DNA of 64,000 nucleotides from the human T2T-CHM13v2.0 reference genome, Homo sapiens (GCF_009914755.1 NC_060931.1); one strand, 5' to 3'; positions 18,223 through 32,998 are shown, numbered from the stretch's first letter. Made by a program: numbers and translations. The notes: generated from the sequence alone by a model not told the origin.

Positions 18223-18265
<43 letters not shown>
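18223..18265. repeat. (TG)n microsatellite
   Basis: Seen directly in the sequence. Confidence 0.95.
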
Positions 18266-18267
<2 letters not shown>

Positions 18268-19463
18268 CTACATAAATTTATATAAGCATAAAACTTTTTG
18301 ATAAGAAAATGTTTAGTAGTAAGCCAATTAAATAATTTACTTAATGAATAATGTTGTCTTTTATGTTAAATTCTAGCCAGTCCTGGATGGTAATTAGCAG
18401 GGTCATTAACAATTGGAAAATATGTTTCAGAAAAAATTCAGAGAGCCAGTTTAAAAGAATTTGGTGGAGGGGTGCTTAGCCATGGTTGTGACAGTGTGAA
18501 TGGGATAGAATCAAACCAGAATTGAGAAGTGTGTCAGTTTGATTTATACTTATATGGCTAACCATGGAGACTGAGCATGAGTACAGTTTCTGCTAAAAAG
18601 CCAAAGTGACATATAAAATCCCAGTCCAGTTAAATTGCGGCAGTAGCTACATGCCACCGCAGAATGTGACAGTGAAATGTGGGCTGCTCTAGGGATGTAT
18701 TTCAGGGGTAAAAAGTTGCTTGAACCATGGTTGCAAGGCTATCATCTACATTCTGATTTTTTAAAAAATTATGGGTTACATTTTCTTTCCTTGAGATTTT
18801 TTAACCAAGGCTAAAATATAGCCAACACTTGAGAATATTCCTTTTGAAACAGTAGCGAATACTAACTCGATGTAAAGTTATGACTACTTTAAAAAAAATA
18901 GTCACAATTGGGCCCTTAAAATTTTTTTTTTCTTTAAACTTGGTGCATCACTGAGTATGGAGGAAGGAAGGTGACAGGATCTTGTCCTGATTGGATAACT
19001 GCCACAGAGCAGGCTGGGAAATACCCATGATGCCAGGTGGAGTTTGGAGTTTCTAGGGCTAGAAGGTCTGGCAACTGTGGCTCTCTTTCTATCGGACACA
19101 AAAAGGATAGCTTAGGTTACAGCTGTCTATACTTTGGCTGAGAGGAAACAAATTTAGTGACTTGCACTGAATCCCAGGGAGGATGCTCTGAAATATGTGG
19201 GGTGGAACGCGGCCAGTGCTGCTCTGCTGTTCTCTACCTGCTTCCTTCCTGCTGGGGTCATTCTAGGCTGGCCCCTGCTAGAATGCGGTGCATCTCAAAT
19301 TTTCATGAATCTGCAAATCTTATCCTTATCGCTTATAAGGTCTGAGCTATACATATATTCCAGAACTCTAGAAATAATTAGACAAGCTACTATGAAAGAG
19401 AAAGCATTATACATCAGTTAAAAACATATGCAAAACCAAGGCTCATTAGAGAAAGATAATATT

Positions 19464-19469
19464 CATGCA
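19464..19469 (-). promoter_or_regulatory. RBFOX-type UGCAUG element 13-18 nt downstream of the cassette-exon donor
   Basis: Plus strand catgca reads TGCATG on the transcribed strand. Further copies lie inside the exon (19539-19544) and upstream (19742-19747). Confidence 0.5.
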
Positions 19470-19481
19470 GATTTTACAAAC

Positions 19482-19570
19482 CGTGTCTTTAGGGTGGCCC
19501 AATAAGTAGAAATATGGGGACCCATGCTTGTCACTTTTCATGCACATGGAGAGACTGGAAGGTACCATTC
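19482..19570 (-). CDS. MAGI2: MAGI2 alternative 89-nt cassette exon encoding the short C-terminal tail
   Basis: Minus strand: polypyrimidine acceptor gttcctccccttcctttag|GAATGGTA and donor GACACG|gtttgt. Phase 1 start is compatible with the 32842 donor (G+GA = Gly). Translates (G)MVPSSLSMCMKSDKHGSPYFYLLGHPKDT, matching the rodent S-SCAM C-terminus as I recall it (...VPEYGMVPSSLSMCMKSDKHGSPYFYLLGHPKDTT...). Confidence 0.88.
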
Positions 19571-20087
19571 CTAAAGGAAGGGGAGGAACAGCCTAGGACC
19601 AATCATTAGAATTAACAGAACCAGTAACAAAGATATATTATTACTGTTAGAATCAAGATTGCTTAGTATGTTTAGAGCAGTTGAATAAAAATTATCTAGG
19701 CAGTAAGAATAAAGACTTTAAGTAAAGCTAACCCTATCAAGCATGCAGCAAGTGAAATTAGTGAAAGACTGAGCTATATGTGTATTTCAAAAGTAGACTT
19801 TTCTCAAAATATTGAGGGCATCCTGAGGTGCTTTAATGGAGGCACAAATGTTAATAAAATTTGAAATGGTAATATGTAAATTCTTGTAGGCTTTTCTCAT
19901 AATAATGAGATGTTTTAGGGATATCAACTGTCATTTGAGAATCAGTCACAGTAATCATTTCTAAATTTTAAAAGGATTATAAAAATAAATACGTAGTGTC
20001 CCCATGTTTATATTTTCTCTAATAATCTCATAAATTCATAGAGTTCCCCTTACCACTAAAACTTTGCGTATTAAATTCAAAATTCAT

Positions 20088-20383
20088 GGTCAGGCACGGT
20101 GGCTCATGCCTGTAATCCTAGCACTCTGGGAGGCCGAGGTGGGCGGAACATTTGAGGTCAGGAGTTCAAGACCAGCCTGGCCAACATGGTGAAACGCCAT
20201 CTCTGCTAAAAATATAAAAATTAGCTGGGCAGGTTGGTGTGCGCCTGTAGTCCCATCTACTTAGGAGGTTGAGGCAAGAGAATCACTTGAACCCGGGAGG
20301 CAGAGGTTGCAGTGAGCCGACATAGCACCACTGCACTCCAGCCTGGGCATCAGAATGAGACTCTGTCTTAAAAAAAAAAAAAA
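20088..20383 (+). mobile_element. AluS
   Basis: Alu consensus with TSD aaaattcat. Confidence 0.95.
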
Positions 20384-21789
20384 TTCATAGTTGACTTGCT
20401 GGATATAATTGCTTTCTGGAAGAAAATAAAGCTGAAAAAAAAATGCAGCAGTGTCTTGCCTGTTCTGTTCCACTGTACTCACCTGCTGTGGGTTGTGCTC
20501 TGAAACCAACCTCTTCGTGGTGGTCTTGGTCTGAATCTAGCTCAGATCATGGACTACAGTTCTTTACCTATACAAAGATGAGTACTAGAAATTCTGGAAT
20601 ATCTAGATTAGTAATTTCCAAGAGACAGGCCCCTAGAAGAGGCAACAACTGCTTCCTGCACTGCCTGTGTTCTCTCAGCTCTGCTCAGGGTGAGATAAGG
20701 GGGATGTGCTCATTGTGAGGTTAATGTGATCAGAAGAACTTAATCCATGCAGCTTGGATGTGTTGAGGCCTGATTTCCTCTTTGCCAGCAAACACTGATT
20801 CTCCCCGTCTGCATGCCCAACTTGCTCCACACGTGGTGCTATGTATATACGGCTTCAATGTGCAGAATGGAATTGCACTCCACATCAATTTTGGGTTTTG
20901 CCACATGGGGTGTTTTTCATAGCACGGTGTGTTTGAGGAAAGGGAGAGTGCAGGCGGAGCCCTAACACCTCGAGGTTAAATGGAAAGTAGAACCTCTGGA
21001 GGGTAAGGAAGCACATGCTTAACAATAAATGTCAGAAGTAGAAATTAAATTTCACGATTTATTAATTGAGTTTACCACTTAGCCCTGCCAAGATGCAAGT
21101 AATTTTGTGCAAAAATGATCAAGCTGTTTCAGTGTCACACAGCGAAGGCTCTCATTTGGTTTTAAACATGGCCTTTACTGGGCTTGGAAGATACACGTGC
21201 CAGGAGACCTCATGCCCAGAAGGTCAAATAAAAGTGCCCAGAGCATGGTGGAAATAAATTGCTGTGAAGGCTGGAGTAGAAACTGCAGTGAAATGTGAGA
21301 AACAGAGAGTTGCATACTGTGCTAGGCATATTAATGCATACATTATGAGTGTATGTGTCCAATCCTAAAACCCAGGATCCCAATAAGGCCAGGGTCACTC
21401 TTGAAGAGTGCATGCTGAACCGACCAGAGACCTTGCTACAGAACTGTAAAGGCAGGTTATTTTGAAAGCAAATGTCTGAGCCACTTTATAGTTAACAGCT
21501 ATTTAGTCTGGGCTAAGTGTGCATTTGTTGTTCTATTAAAAAAATATTGAATCCAAACAGCACATTGATGAATGTGTGATTCTTAAGTTTAGAGATTTTG
21601 TTGTAGTTAGAGCATACAATTAAAGCCTGGAGTAAGGCATTATATGACTTTATTTCTGATCCTGACTGAAGGTCTATAGTTAAATATTGGGAGTTCTTAT
21701 CAGAACAGGACATTGGGGCAATGCTAACTTCGAGCAAGGTTGTAGGCAGTTTGTGAATAACAAAAATCTGGACTTATGGTAAAAAATAC

Positions 21790-22525
21790 AGAGATAATAA
21801 GACGGTTATTGGTTGCCAGGGGTGGGTGTGGAGGGAATGGATGAATAGATGGAGCACAGAGGGTTTTTAGGGCAGTGACACTATTCTGTATGATACTACA
21901 AAGGTGGACACGTCATTAGACATTTGTCTACACCCATAGAATGTGCAACAGTGGTCTCCAACAATTTTGGCAACAGGGACTAGTTTTGTGGAAGAGAATT
22001 TTTCCATAGACCAGGTGGGGGTAGGGGGATGGTTTCAGGATGAAACTGTTCCACCTCAGATCCTCAGAGCATCAGGCATTACATGCTCATAAGGAGCAGG
22101 CAACCTAGATCCCTTGCATGTGCCATTCGCAGTAGGGTTTGCGCCCCTATGAGAATCTAATGCTGCCACTGATCTGACAGGAGGTGGAGCTCAGGCAGTA
22201 ATGCTCCCGTGCCCACTGCTCACCTCCTGCTATGTGGCCCGGTTCCTAACAGACCATGGACCAGTCAGGATCTGCAGCCCAGGGGTTGGGGACCCCTGAT
22301 ATACAACACTAAGACTGAACCCTAGTGTCAAGTGTGGACTCTGAGTGATAACAATGTGTCAATGTAGGTTCCTCAGTTGTAACAAATGCACACTGTGGTG
22401 GGGGTGCTGATCATGGGGGTGGCTGTGCATGAATGGGGGCAGGGAGTATATGGGAAATCTCTGTGCCTTTCTCTCAAATTTGCTGTGAACCTAAAACTGC
22501 TCTAAAAAATCAAGTCTTAAAAAAA
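21790..22525 (+). mobile_element. L1MC-like 3' end with a nested MER1-type DNA transposon (about 21949-22298)
   Basis: L1MC 3' UTR (ggttgccagggg...gaacctaaaactgctctaaaaaat). The MER1 runs from cagtggtctccaacaattttggca to gggttggggacccctg. Confidence 0.8.
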
Positions 22526-23366
22526 GGTGGCCTTATGGACTCACCTGTTTGTTCCACTGGAAATGAGGGGTTTAGAGTACTTTGGTTAAAAAATTAAAGC
22601 TTGAGTTATTTGACTAGGGGAAACCAGGACAGGGCAGTAGGCATGGGCCTGGCTGAAGTGATGCCTTGGAGACTGGACCCTTGCTGGTGATGGCAATTGG
22701 TTGGACTTACCCTGGAATTTGTCTTAAGATACTGGACTGTACTTTGAGCAGCTGGGCTTTGTTGTTAAACTCCTTAAGATCAACATCTTTTCTGTAATGT
22801 CTCTATTTCAAGACATGAGAAAATGAGACTGGAGAAAACAGCTTTGGCATGTAGCACCAACTTCTTAATAGGTCCAGCTGAGAGGTTCGAAGCCTTTTCT
22901 GGAATCAACATTCTCACATTGTGAACTACAGGGCCAGACTCTCCGTAATGAGGAGAGCTCAGATTGTCAAAAAGGCCTGATATGGAAAATGGGAAGACAA
23001 TGGGAGGAAAATCTAGTTTCCTTTCTCTAAGTTGCAAGGGCTGACAAGTCATAGAATGGAGAGCAATTCAGACTTGATGGGCAAAGGCTGAAGGGGTGGG
23101 GCACACTCAAATAGTGGGAGGCCATGGACAGAAAGAGGACAACAAGTAGAAACTTCGGCAGGCCTGGCCTTTACAATAGAGCTAGAGCAGATACGTCCAG
23201 CAATCCCCAGGATATATTCCCTGAAATCCCTGGAATGATATTAATATTTTAAAAATACAGAGTCCTGGACTGAACTGACTCAGTCAGAATCTCCAGAGGG
23301 TATGTGGAGAGCGAGAGGGAATGCAGGCATCTGTGTATTTAAAAGGCTGAATCATTTCTCTAAGAC

Positions 23367-23442
23367 TGTGTGTGTATGTGTGTTTGTGTATGTGTATGTG
23401 TGTATGTGTGTGTGTGAGAGAGAGAGAGATTGAAAGAAAGAG

Positions 23443-23505
<63 letters not shown>
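23367..23505. repeat. (TG)n(GA)n microsatellite next to a MER5-like fragment (about 23200-23365)
   Basis: The repeat is seen directly. Upstream cagtcagaatctcca...gcatctgtgtatttaaaaggct resembles MER5. Confidence 0.85.
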
Positions 23506-23506
<1 letters not shown>

Positions 23507-24023
23507 CTTCTGATTCCTCTTAAAGAAGTGTTAATTTTTCTCCTCTTCTGCATTTTAGGATTTTCTTAGTTTCCATATTTGATCTTGTCCCTTGATCCTC
23601 AATCTCAACTCCTCACCCCACAATCCCCGGTTGTGTAAGAAAAATTTTCTTGAATTGGTGACTTCTTTAAGGTCTTCCCCATAGTTCTTACAGTATTCAG
23701 CAATGTTTCCACTGAGACAGCTGCCTTTTCTCCTGGACTCTTAGGGAAAGCAGCCCTCTTGCGGGAGAGCTCAACTTTGTGTTGGGGCAAGGAAGGGAAT
23801 GTTCCTATTAGATCCTAAAATATGACTCTTCATGATGGGTTACTGGAGGAGCTGGAACCTTTAGGTTTTCCAAGATGTACATGGGTGCTCTTCTTGATGA
23901 AGTTTGGGAAAAATACCTCTTTATTCACTCATCTTCTCCACGACTTAAGTGTTTGGGAATTGAGGAAGGCTGGACCTTAATAGCTAAACAGGTTCTTCTT
24001 GGTAGATTTCTTGGTCACTATAA

Positions 24024-24032
24024 ACACACACA

Positions 24033-24077
<45 letters not shown>

Positions 24078-24134
24078 GTGTGTGTATATATATACACACA
24101 TATATATATACACACACACATATATATACACACA
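24024..24134. repeat. (CA)/(TA) compound microsatellite
   Basis: Seen directly in the sequence. Confidence 0.95.
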
Positions 24135-24310
24135 CAGACATTCTGTCCCCTTCCCTAGGTGCTTTATCATTTTCTATTACGCAGTGGAAGGTGTTCTTGA
24201 GTGATTTGTGGAACCTCTCATGGAAAAGGAAGATACGCTCAACCATGAATGTCAGAAGCTGAAATTAAATTTCAGAATTTATTATTGCAGCAAGCCACCT
24301 TTTGCCCTAT
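24135..24310. repeat. 176-bp direct repeat, copy 1 (derived)
   Basis: Matches 25576-25751 with 5 substitutions. Confidence 0.95.
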
Positions 24311-24481
24311 GTGTGTGTATATATATATATGTGTATATGTATATGTGTATATATATGTGTGTGTATATGTGTGTGTATATATATGTGTGTGTATATATGT
24401 GTGTGTATATATATGTGTGTATATATGTATATATGTGTATATATGTATATATATGTGTGTATATATGTGTATATATATATA

Positions 24482-24512
<31 letters not shown>
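24311..24512. repeat. (TG)/(TA) compound microsatellite
   Basis: Seen directly in the sequence. Confidence 0.95.
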
Positions 24513-24513
<1 letters not shown>

Positions 24514-24514
<1 letters not shown>

Positions 24515-24836
24515 TTTTTTTTTTAGACGGAGTCTCACTCTGTCACCCAGGCTGGAGTGCAATGGCGTGATCTTGGCTCACTGAAACCTCTGCCTCCTGG
24601 GTTCAAACTAATTCTCCTGCCTCAGCCTCCCGAGTAGCTAGGATTACAGGCACATGCCACCACACCCGGCTGATTTCAGGCATGTGCCACCACACCTGGC
24701 TGATTTTTGTATTTTTAGTAGAGATGGGGTTTCACCATGTTGGCCAGGCTGGTTTAGAATTCCTGACCTCAGGTGATCCACTCACCTCGGCCTCCCAAAG
24801 TGCTAGGATTACAGGAATGAGCCACTGTACCCGGTC
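24514..24836 (-). mobile_element. AluS with an internal 30-bp tandem duplication
   Basis: Reverse Alu. 24647-24676 is repeated at 24677-24706. Confidence 0.93.
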
Positions 24837-25117
24837 TGGTCTAATATATTTTTATCAGAGTCTTAAATACCTAACAAGTTAGGACTTGCAGGTTGTGGGC
24901 AGGGCACAAAATATCCTTAAAAAGAAAAATGCTTGTTGCAAATCATGTAAGAATATGTAAAGAAGAAGAAATATCATTATAGTCCATGATTTTCAATAAA
25001 ACAATAGGAAGAAATGTGATTTCATCCTCATCCTAAAATCACTTACGATAACAAATGAGGTTTTGGCTGAGCATCAGGGAAAAGGAATTCAGTGTTGTGT
25101 TCTTTAAGAAAGCCCCT

Positions 25118-25496
<379 letters not shown>

Positions 25497-25575
25497 CTAC
25501 ATGCTGCAGAGAGCATCCTGAGCCTTTCAGCTAGGAAGAACCCTGTTCTCTGTATGATGTAACCCAAGGTTCTGC

Positions 25576-25751
25576 CAGACATTCTGTCCCCTTCCCTAGG
25601 TGCTTTATCATTTTCTATTGCGCGGTGGAAGGTGTTCTTGAGTGATTTGTGGAAGCTCTCATGGAAAAGGAAGATACGCTCAACCGTGAATGTCAGAAGC
25701 TGAAATTAAATTTCAGAATTTATTATTGCAGCAAGTCACCTTTTGCCCTAT
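25576..25751. repeat. 176-bp direct repeat, copy 2 (parental)
   Basis: Matches 24135-24310 and is embedded in ordinary non-simple sequence. Confidence 0.95.
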
Positions 25752-26547
25752 TAAAAATGCAGGTGAATTAGTGCCAAGGCTATGGTGCCACTTAAAACTT
25801 CCATCAACGTGGTCTCTGAGGAACAGGTTAGGGCAGTGGTGACCGTCCTTTGTCTTTTATTGAGGAGGCACGTCAGCACACCAAGGCAGACCCAGGGTGT
25901 GAGGTAACACGTCCGGGCTCCCAGAAGTGGCTGATGGCCACCGGAGGGGAAGAGTAAATTTGATAGATGAAGTTTTGGCTCATTAAATTATAATTTAGAA
26001 ATAATTCAGACAAGGTCTCAGTAGAGATTTACCCCCACTCAGCAAGTTCTTTCTTCAGAAAAACTACTAATTATTAGTACAAATATTATAAAGGAAATTC
26101 TTAACAAACTGAAGAAGCCAAGTGCTCTTCAAGGATTCTTAACACTCTAGAAGTACTTGTTAAATTCTACAAATAATTAATAAAACCCATTTAAATGTTT
26201 TTCATGAGAGCAGATCCTTTGAGACCTTTTTATGAGTCACTACTCTGCTAAAAACACATTTCTTCATTATTAGTGTCAGCTCACTGAGGACCAGGACTAC
26301 ATTTTACCTTCAGTGCCTGCAAAGCATCCTGCACATAGTAGGTGTTAAGTAAATCTGATTTAGTTGAGGAAATACTAATTATATCAACTAATAATATTAA
26401 TCATAGGATTTGTTCCATATAGAGTACTTGGTAGGAATATATTGTCTGGAGTTTATTTTTGTATCATTAGAGGGAAGAAAGGATGTACTCAGCAGATAAT
26501 AGCAAAAAAGATTATAATGGCATACTTATAACATTTACTTGGCAATA

Positions 26548-26820
26548 TTTTTTCTTTCTTTTGAGTTGGGGTCTTGCTCTGTCGCCCAGGCTGGTGTGCA
26601 GTGGCACGATCATGGCTCATTGCATTCTCAACTTCCTGTGCTTAAGTGATCCTCCTGAGTAGCTGGGACCACAGGAGTATGCCACCACGCTTGGCTAATT
26701 TTTTTGTAGAGACAAGGTCTCCCTATGTTGCCTCTTCTGTTGAACTCCTAGGCTCAAGCAGTCCTCCTGCCTTGGCCTCCCAAAGTGTTAGGATTAGAGG
26801 TGTGAGCCACCCCGCCTGGC
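26548..26820 (-). mobile_element. AluJ
   Basis: Reverse Alu with TSD-like tggcaatat. Confidence 0.9.
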
Positions 26821-28745
26821 TGGCAATATATGTTCTTAAAGAAGAATAAACAAATGACCATTACTTATTGCTATCTACATAGAGGCCAGTACTGCTTCAC
26901 CTGCTGCTCTAATATAATTGTTGTAAGTCATTTTAACTTACTGATTAAAGGAAGACTTTTAACTAAACAACTGTTTGATCCATTCATTTCTTTACCTATA
27001 GTCACTAGCTCAGATCGATCTGTTTCTCCAATTAGTGCAGTTTTATTATACTTACAAAACGTAAACAATTTCATTTACCAAGTGCTTGTAGTCAAGCCAA
27101 AACCTATTATATTAAAGAAACGATTAACTTTGAAAATGAAAGCGTAGGCAGAAGTATAATTCACTGATTGGCTGTTTCTCCCCCTTGGTGTGGGTATGTG
27201 GCATTAGTTGTCGCTGGGCCATTTTCATTGTGAGATTTCTGCTTCATCCTCTTTAACCCTGCTTGGCCTCCTAAGACCACCGAGACTCCCACTTACAACT
27301 GGACTCTCTTCAGTGTTCTATTCATAAAGCCCTGCCCTATGGCTTTTTAAGAGAATAAACAGGCCAGAGCACCAACCCAGACTAAAAAGCATGTTCCTAT
27401 TATATTTTGCTTTATTCTGATTAACTTTGAACAGCAGTCATTAACAAGGGAAAGGCTCCACTTTGGTCTGAACTGCTTATGTTGGGAATTTTTTCATCCA
27501 GCGGCACCTCTATTTACCTTGGCCCTGACTCTGTGGCTCAGTTGATAAATCAAGTGTATGTTCGTGTTGTACTCTTTGAATGCTAATGAAGGAAGCCTGC
27601 ATTTCAAGGCAGGGAGCTAATCTGTATAATTTATTCCTGTGCAGTTTTACAACCATGATGCATACTTCCTTTTCTCTTAACCTTTGTGGATTTCATTTGA
27701 ATAGCAATAACCAGGGTGAAGGAGGGCACTGCTTTTGATGCATCTTCTGATTCTCTTCTCAGTATGGCATTGAGATGTGTATCAGGGGAGGGGAACTCAC
27801 GCTTCCCACTGAGTTTACAATCAACAAATTCTTATCCTGAGGACTGGAGTGGAGTTGAAGTATCTATCTCCTGAGCTTGTCTTTCAAGGACTTAACTATG
27901 AAAGCAACTCCTCCTTCAAAGCCCTTATCATTTTCCGACTCCTCTTGCAGCTGCTCCACAACCTCTGTGTGCAGCCACTACTTTCGGGGTGGCATTTGTT
28001 GATTTCTACCTCTGAATTGGCTGAGGTGGCACCTGACGTTTAGTCTTTGGGTAATTAGAGATGACATATTTGCGGCATGTTTACTCCTTCCCCCAGCTCA
28101 CTTGGAGTCATGCTGATTTTGTTTAGTCAATGCTCTGACAGATCGCCTTTGGTATTTTTTCAATTGTACCTAGGCTTATCTCTCGGTCACAGATCACCTT
28201 GAGAACTCAGAGTGAGAAATTTTATTTCTCTTGACTGAAATCAGCTTTTTCTTGACATGTCCAGAAGTCCAGATAAGGGTCTTGCTTCAAAGCTGTCCTG
28301 AATTTTGAATCATAGGGATATCAAAAGGAGGACTGGTTGAAATCCTTCCACAGGGAGTGGTTAAAAAAAAAATCGGTTTTCCCATGATTAGGGTGCATTA
28401 GGAAAAAGTAGGATTATATTCTTGGCTATATCTACTGGTTAAACTCAAGTATTTAATTTTCCTTTTCCATTAGCACTTTCTTTTGTTGTTATTGTTGCTA
28501 TTATTTTGCTGTTACCCAATTCTGCTACTTAAGAATTTATTAAGATATACTCTAGTTTATCTTAGACAAAAAGAATTCTTTTTTTAAATGAAAGCATAAA
28601 GTTGGTGAAAGAAGACAAGAAATTCTGTTTCATGATATAATCTATTTGATGCTGGAGGAATTATGGTGTTCCTAGCAGTGGGCACTCCTTGTATGTAGTG
28701 GTCACTTGTATAGTTCATAGATGTGGCCACTTCTCTGGCTTGCTT

Positions 28746-29635
<890 letters not shown>

Positions 29636-30039
29636 GGGCCCCATCTGCCCACCCATCAGTCACTATGAAATTCCAGAAATATCACTTGATGACATTATCC
29701 TCAAAGATGCTATGATCCTTAATCTTGGTTTCTTATGCATAACCAAGCACCTTTCAGCTTAGATTTTGCCAGACAACTAACATTTATTTAGTTTGACTAT
29801 TGTTTTACTTCCTTAAAGGAGATTGTTCTATGCTATTAAGTTCTTTCTTTTGTGATATCATCTCTAAAGTTTTTACAGTCAAAATCCATCTCAATTTAAT
29901 ATCAAAAGTAGCAGACAAGTGCTAATATTACTAGCAAGTATGATTTAATGTTCCACTTTAGAAGAATATATTTAGAAGAAATTCTGCAATATTGCTACAG
30001 TTAACAATGCTGATGATTGGCCACTCAAAAGCGTGCCCA

Positions 30040-30340
<301 letters not shown>

Positions 30341-30431
30341 GGTGTGCCTGGATATTTAAAAAACTCTGGTTAATTTGAGAATTTCACTGTAATCATATAT
30401 TTTTAGGTGATGTTAAGAATTAATGAAATAG

Positions 30432-30745
<314 letters not shown>

Positions 30746-31440
30746 GAATTAATGAAATAATGTTGACACGATCTTGAATTTTTGTCTTGTTCAAAAACAT
30801 GTTTTTATTTCTTCTTCATGATAGCTTGAGGTGGCTTCACATTTGTTCATTACAGTTTGAGTTATGCCACAGGCTGATCAGTAGTATGTTCTACTTGCTC
30901 ACTACAGACAAGCAGCTGATGTGGTGGATGCTGAGAAAGCGGGGACCAATAGTGATTCTACAGAAAAATGAAAAGCTCAGGATAGTCATGCAGGTTAGAT
31001 TAACTTTTTAAAGATAAACTTGTTAGAACAACATTAACTCTGTGAAAATGTCTGGGTATAGATAATATTCAGGTCTCACCATGGAGTGAAGCATACCATT
31101 AAAGGTGGTATGTTTTAGAAGTGATAGAATTTCACAGGTCACTTTGATATTACTGAATCAGTCAATGCTCTAGAGTGCAAAAGGTTATTCTATTCCAAGA
31201 GTTCAGATTCTTTACAAAGGGATTAATGCTGGTACATTTTAGCAGGATCATGCCTGTGCTTATTGATAATATATATATATATATATTTAAAAATATTTTA
31301 TTAGATCCAAGCATTAAGGGTAGGAATCTGGAATGAAATGTTTCCTTGGGCCTAGAGCCAGCCCTGCAGAAACTTCTGAATGCTTTTTGACTCACTGTGA
31401 AGGCTTGCTAGCTCTCTCTGTACGCTTTGAGGGGTGCACA

Positions 31441-31495
31441 AGATGCTGGAAACAACGCATTTAAGGTCTAGATGCTGGAAACAACGCATTTAAGG
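31441..31495. repeat. Perfect 26-bp direct repeat with a 3-bp spacer
   Basis: agatgctggaaacaacgcatttaagg-tct-agatgctggaaacaacgcatttaagg. Confidence 0.95.
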
Positions 31496-31615
31496 AGTTT
31501 AGATATTTCATTTGAACTCAGGGTATAGATCTGCCCTGCTAAGTAAGGAGATATTAGCTATTTAGACAATGTATGCAAAAAGAATAATCTGAAATGAAAA
31601 GTACTCTTTAGAATG

Positions 31616-31922
<307 letters not shown>

Positions 31923-32670
31923 CTAGAAATCTTTTTTTTTTTTGGGTAGGTGATAGAAGGATGAAAGTGAGTCAATTTATCTTAATCAACTTAGAGCTCA
32001 TTATTCAGGTCAGCAGTTAGATCTTGTTTTCCTAATCTGAACAGGTATTATCTGCACTAGTCTGATGTGTCTGTATGCCCGTCTGTTTCTGTCTGTCACT
32101 CACTGAGATTATCTTTAAAGGCCACCTCAAGTTTCGGTGCTTTTCATGTAATGACCACTCAGCTGTTTTGGATACACTAGAGCTATGCTGTCAGTAGTGT
32201 CTATAATGGGCTGCTGGGAAACAACAACTTTAAAGATGTTTGAAGACAAATCCATGAATCAAAACATGCTTTAAAGCCTTCCTCAAAAGCATACAGAAAC
32301 ACAACACAGGAGTGAATTTTCAGAATAATTCCTAAATGTCAAAGAAATGCAACCATTGCGTGAACTGAAGTTTACATTTTAAACTTCACACCCTGAAGAT
32401 ATGTTGCTTGTCTCTGGCCCCAGTTACAAATCCTTTGAGATAGTCTGATGCATAAACAATGTTAGGAAATAATTGATAAATTACTGTGTACTCAAATGAA
32501 CAGTGGACTATCAGTCAAATTGTAACAGTTCTAATATTTAAGTGGTGCTAGATCTCCTCGCACACTCACAGATGCCCTGAAAGGTCCTACATTTCATATT
32601 TTAAACATTCCTTAATGGAGGGAGCAAAAGAAAGAGTTCACACACATTTATTTCCTGGGCATAAACATAC

Positions 32671-32683
32671 GTGTGTGTGTGTA

Positions 32684-32716
<33 letters not shown>
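32671..32716. repeat. (TG)n(TA)n microsatellite about 125 nt downstream of the exon donor
   Basis: Seen directly. It reads (CA)n in the pre-mRNA. Confidence 0.9.
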
Positions 32717-32717
<1 letters not shown>

Positions 32718-32743
32718 CCTATTGATAGCTAAATATATATTTA

Positions 32744-32998
<255 letters not shown>

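Noticed and set aside
23875-24584. His/Thr/Tyr/Cys-rich ORFs
   Set aside because: These are translations of CA/TA/TG microsatellites.
25936-25954. CTCF-like word tggccaccggaggggaag
   Set aside because: It mismatches key core positions and cannot be supported without ChIP data.
31441-31495. Repeat-spacer-repeat resembling CRISPR
   Set aside because: Only two copies with a 3-nt spacer, in a mammalian intron with no cas genes.
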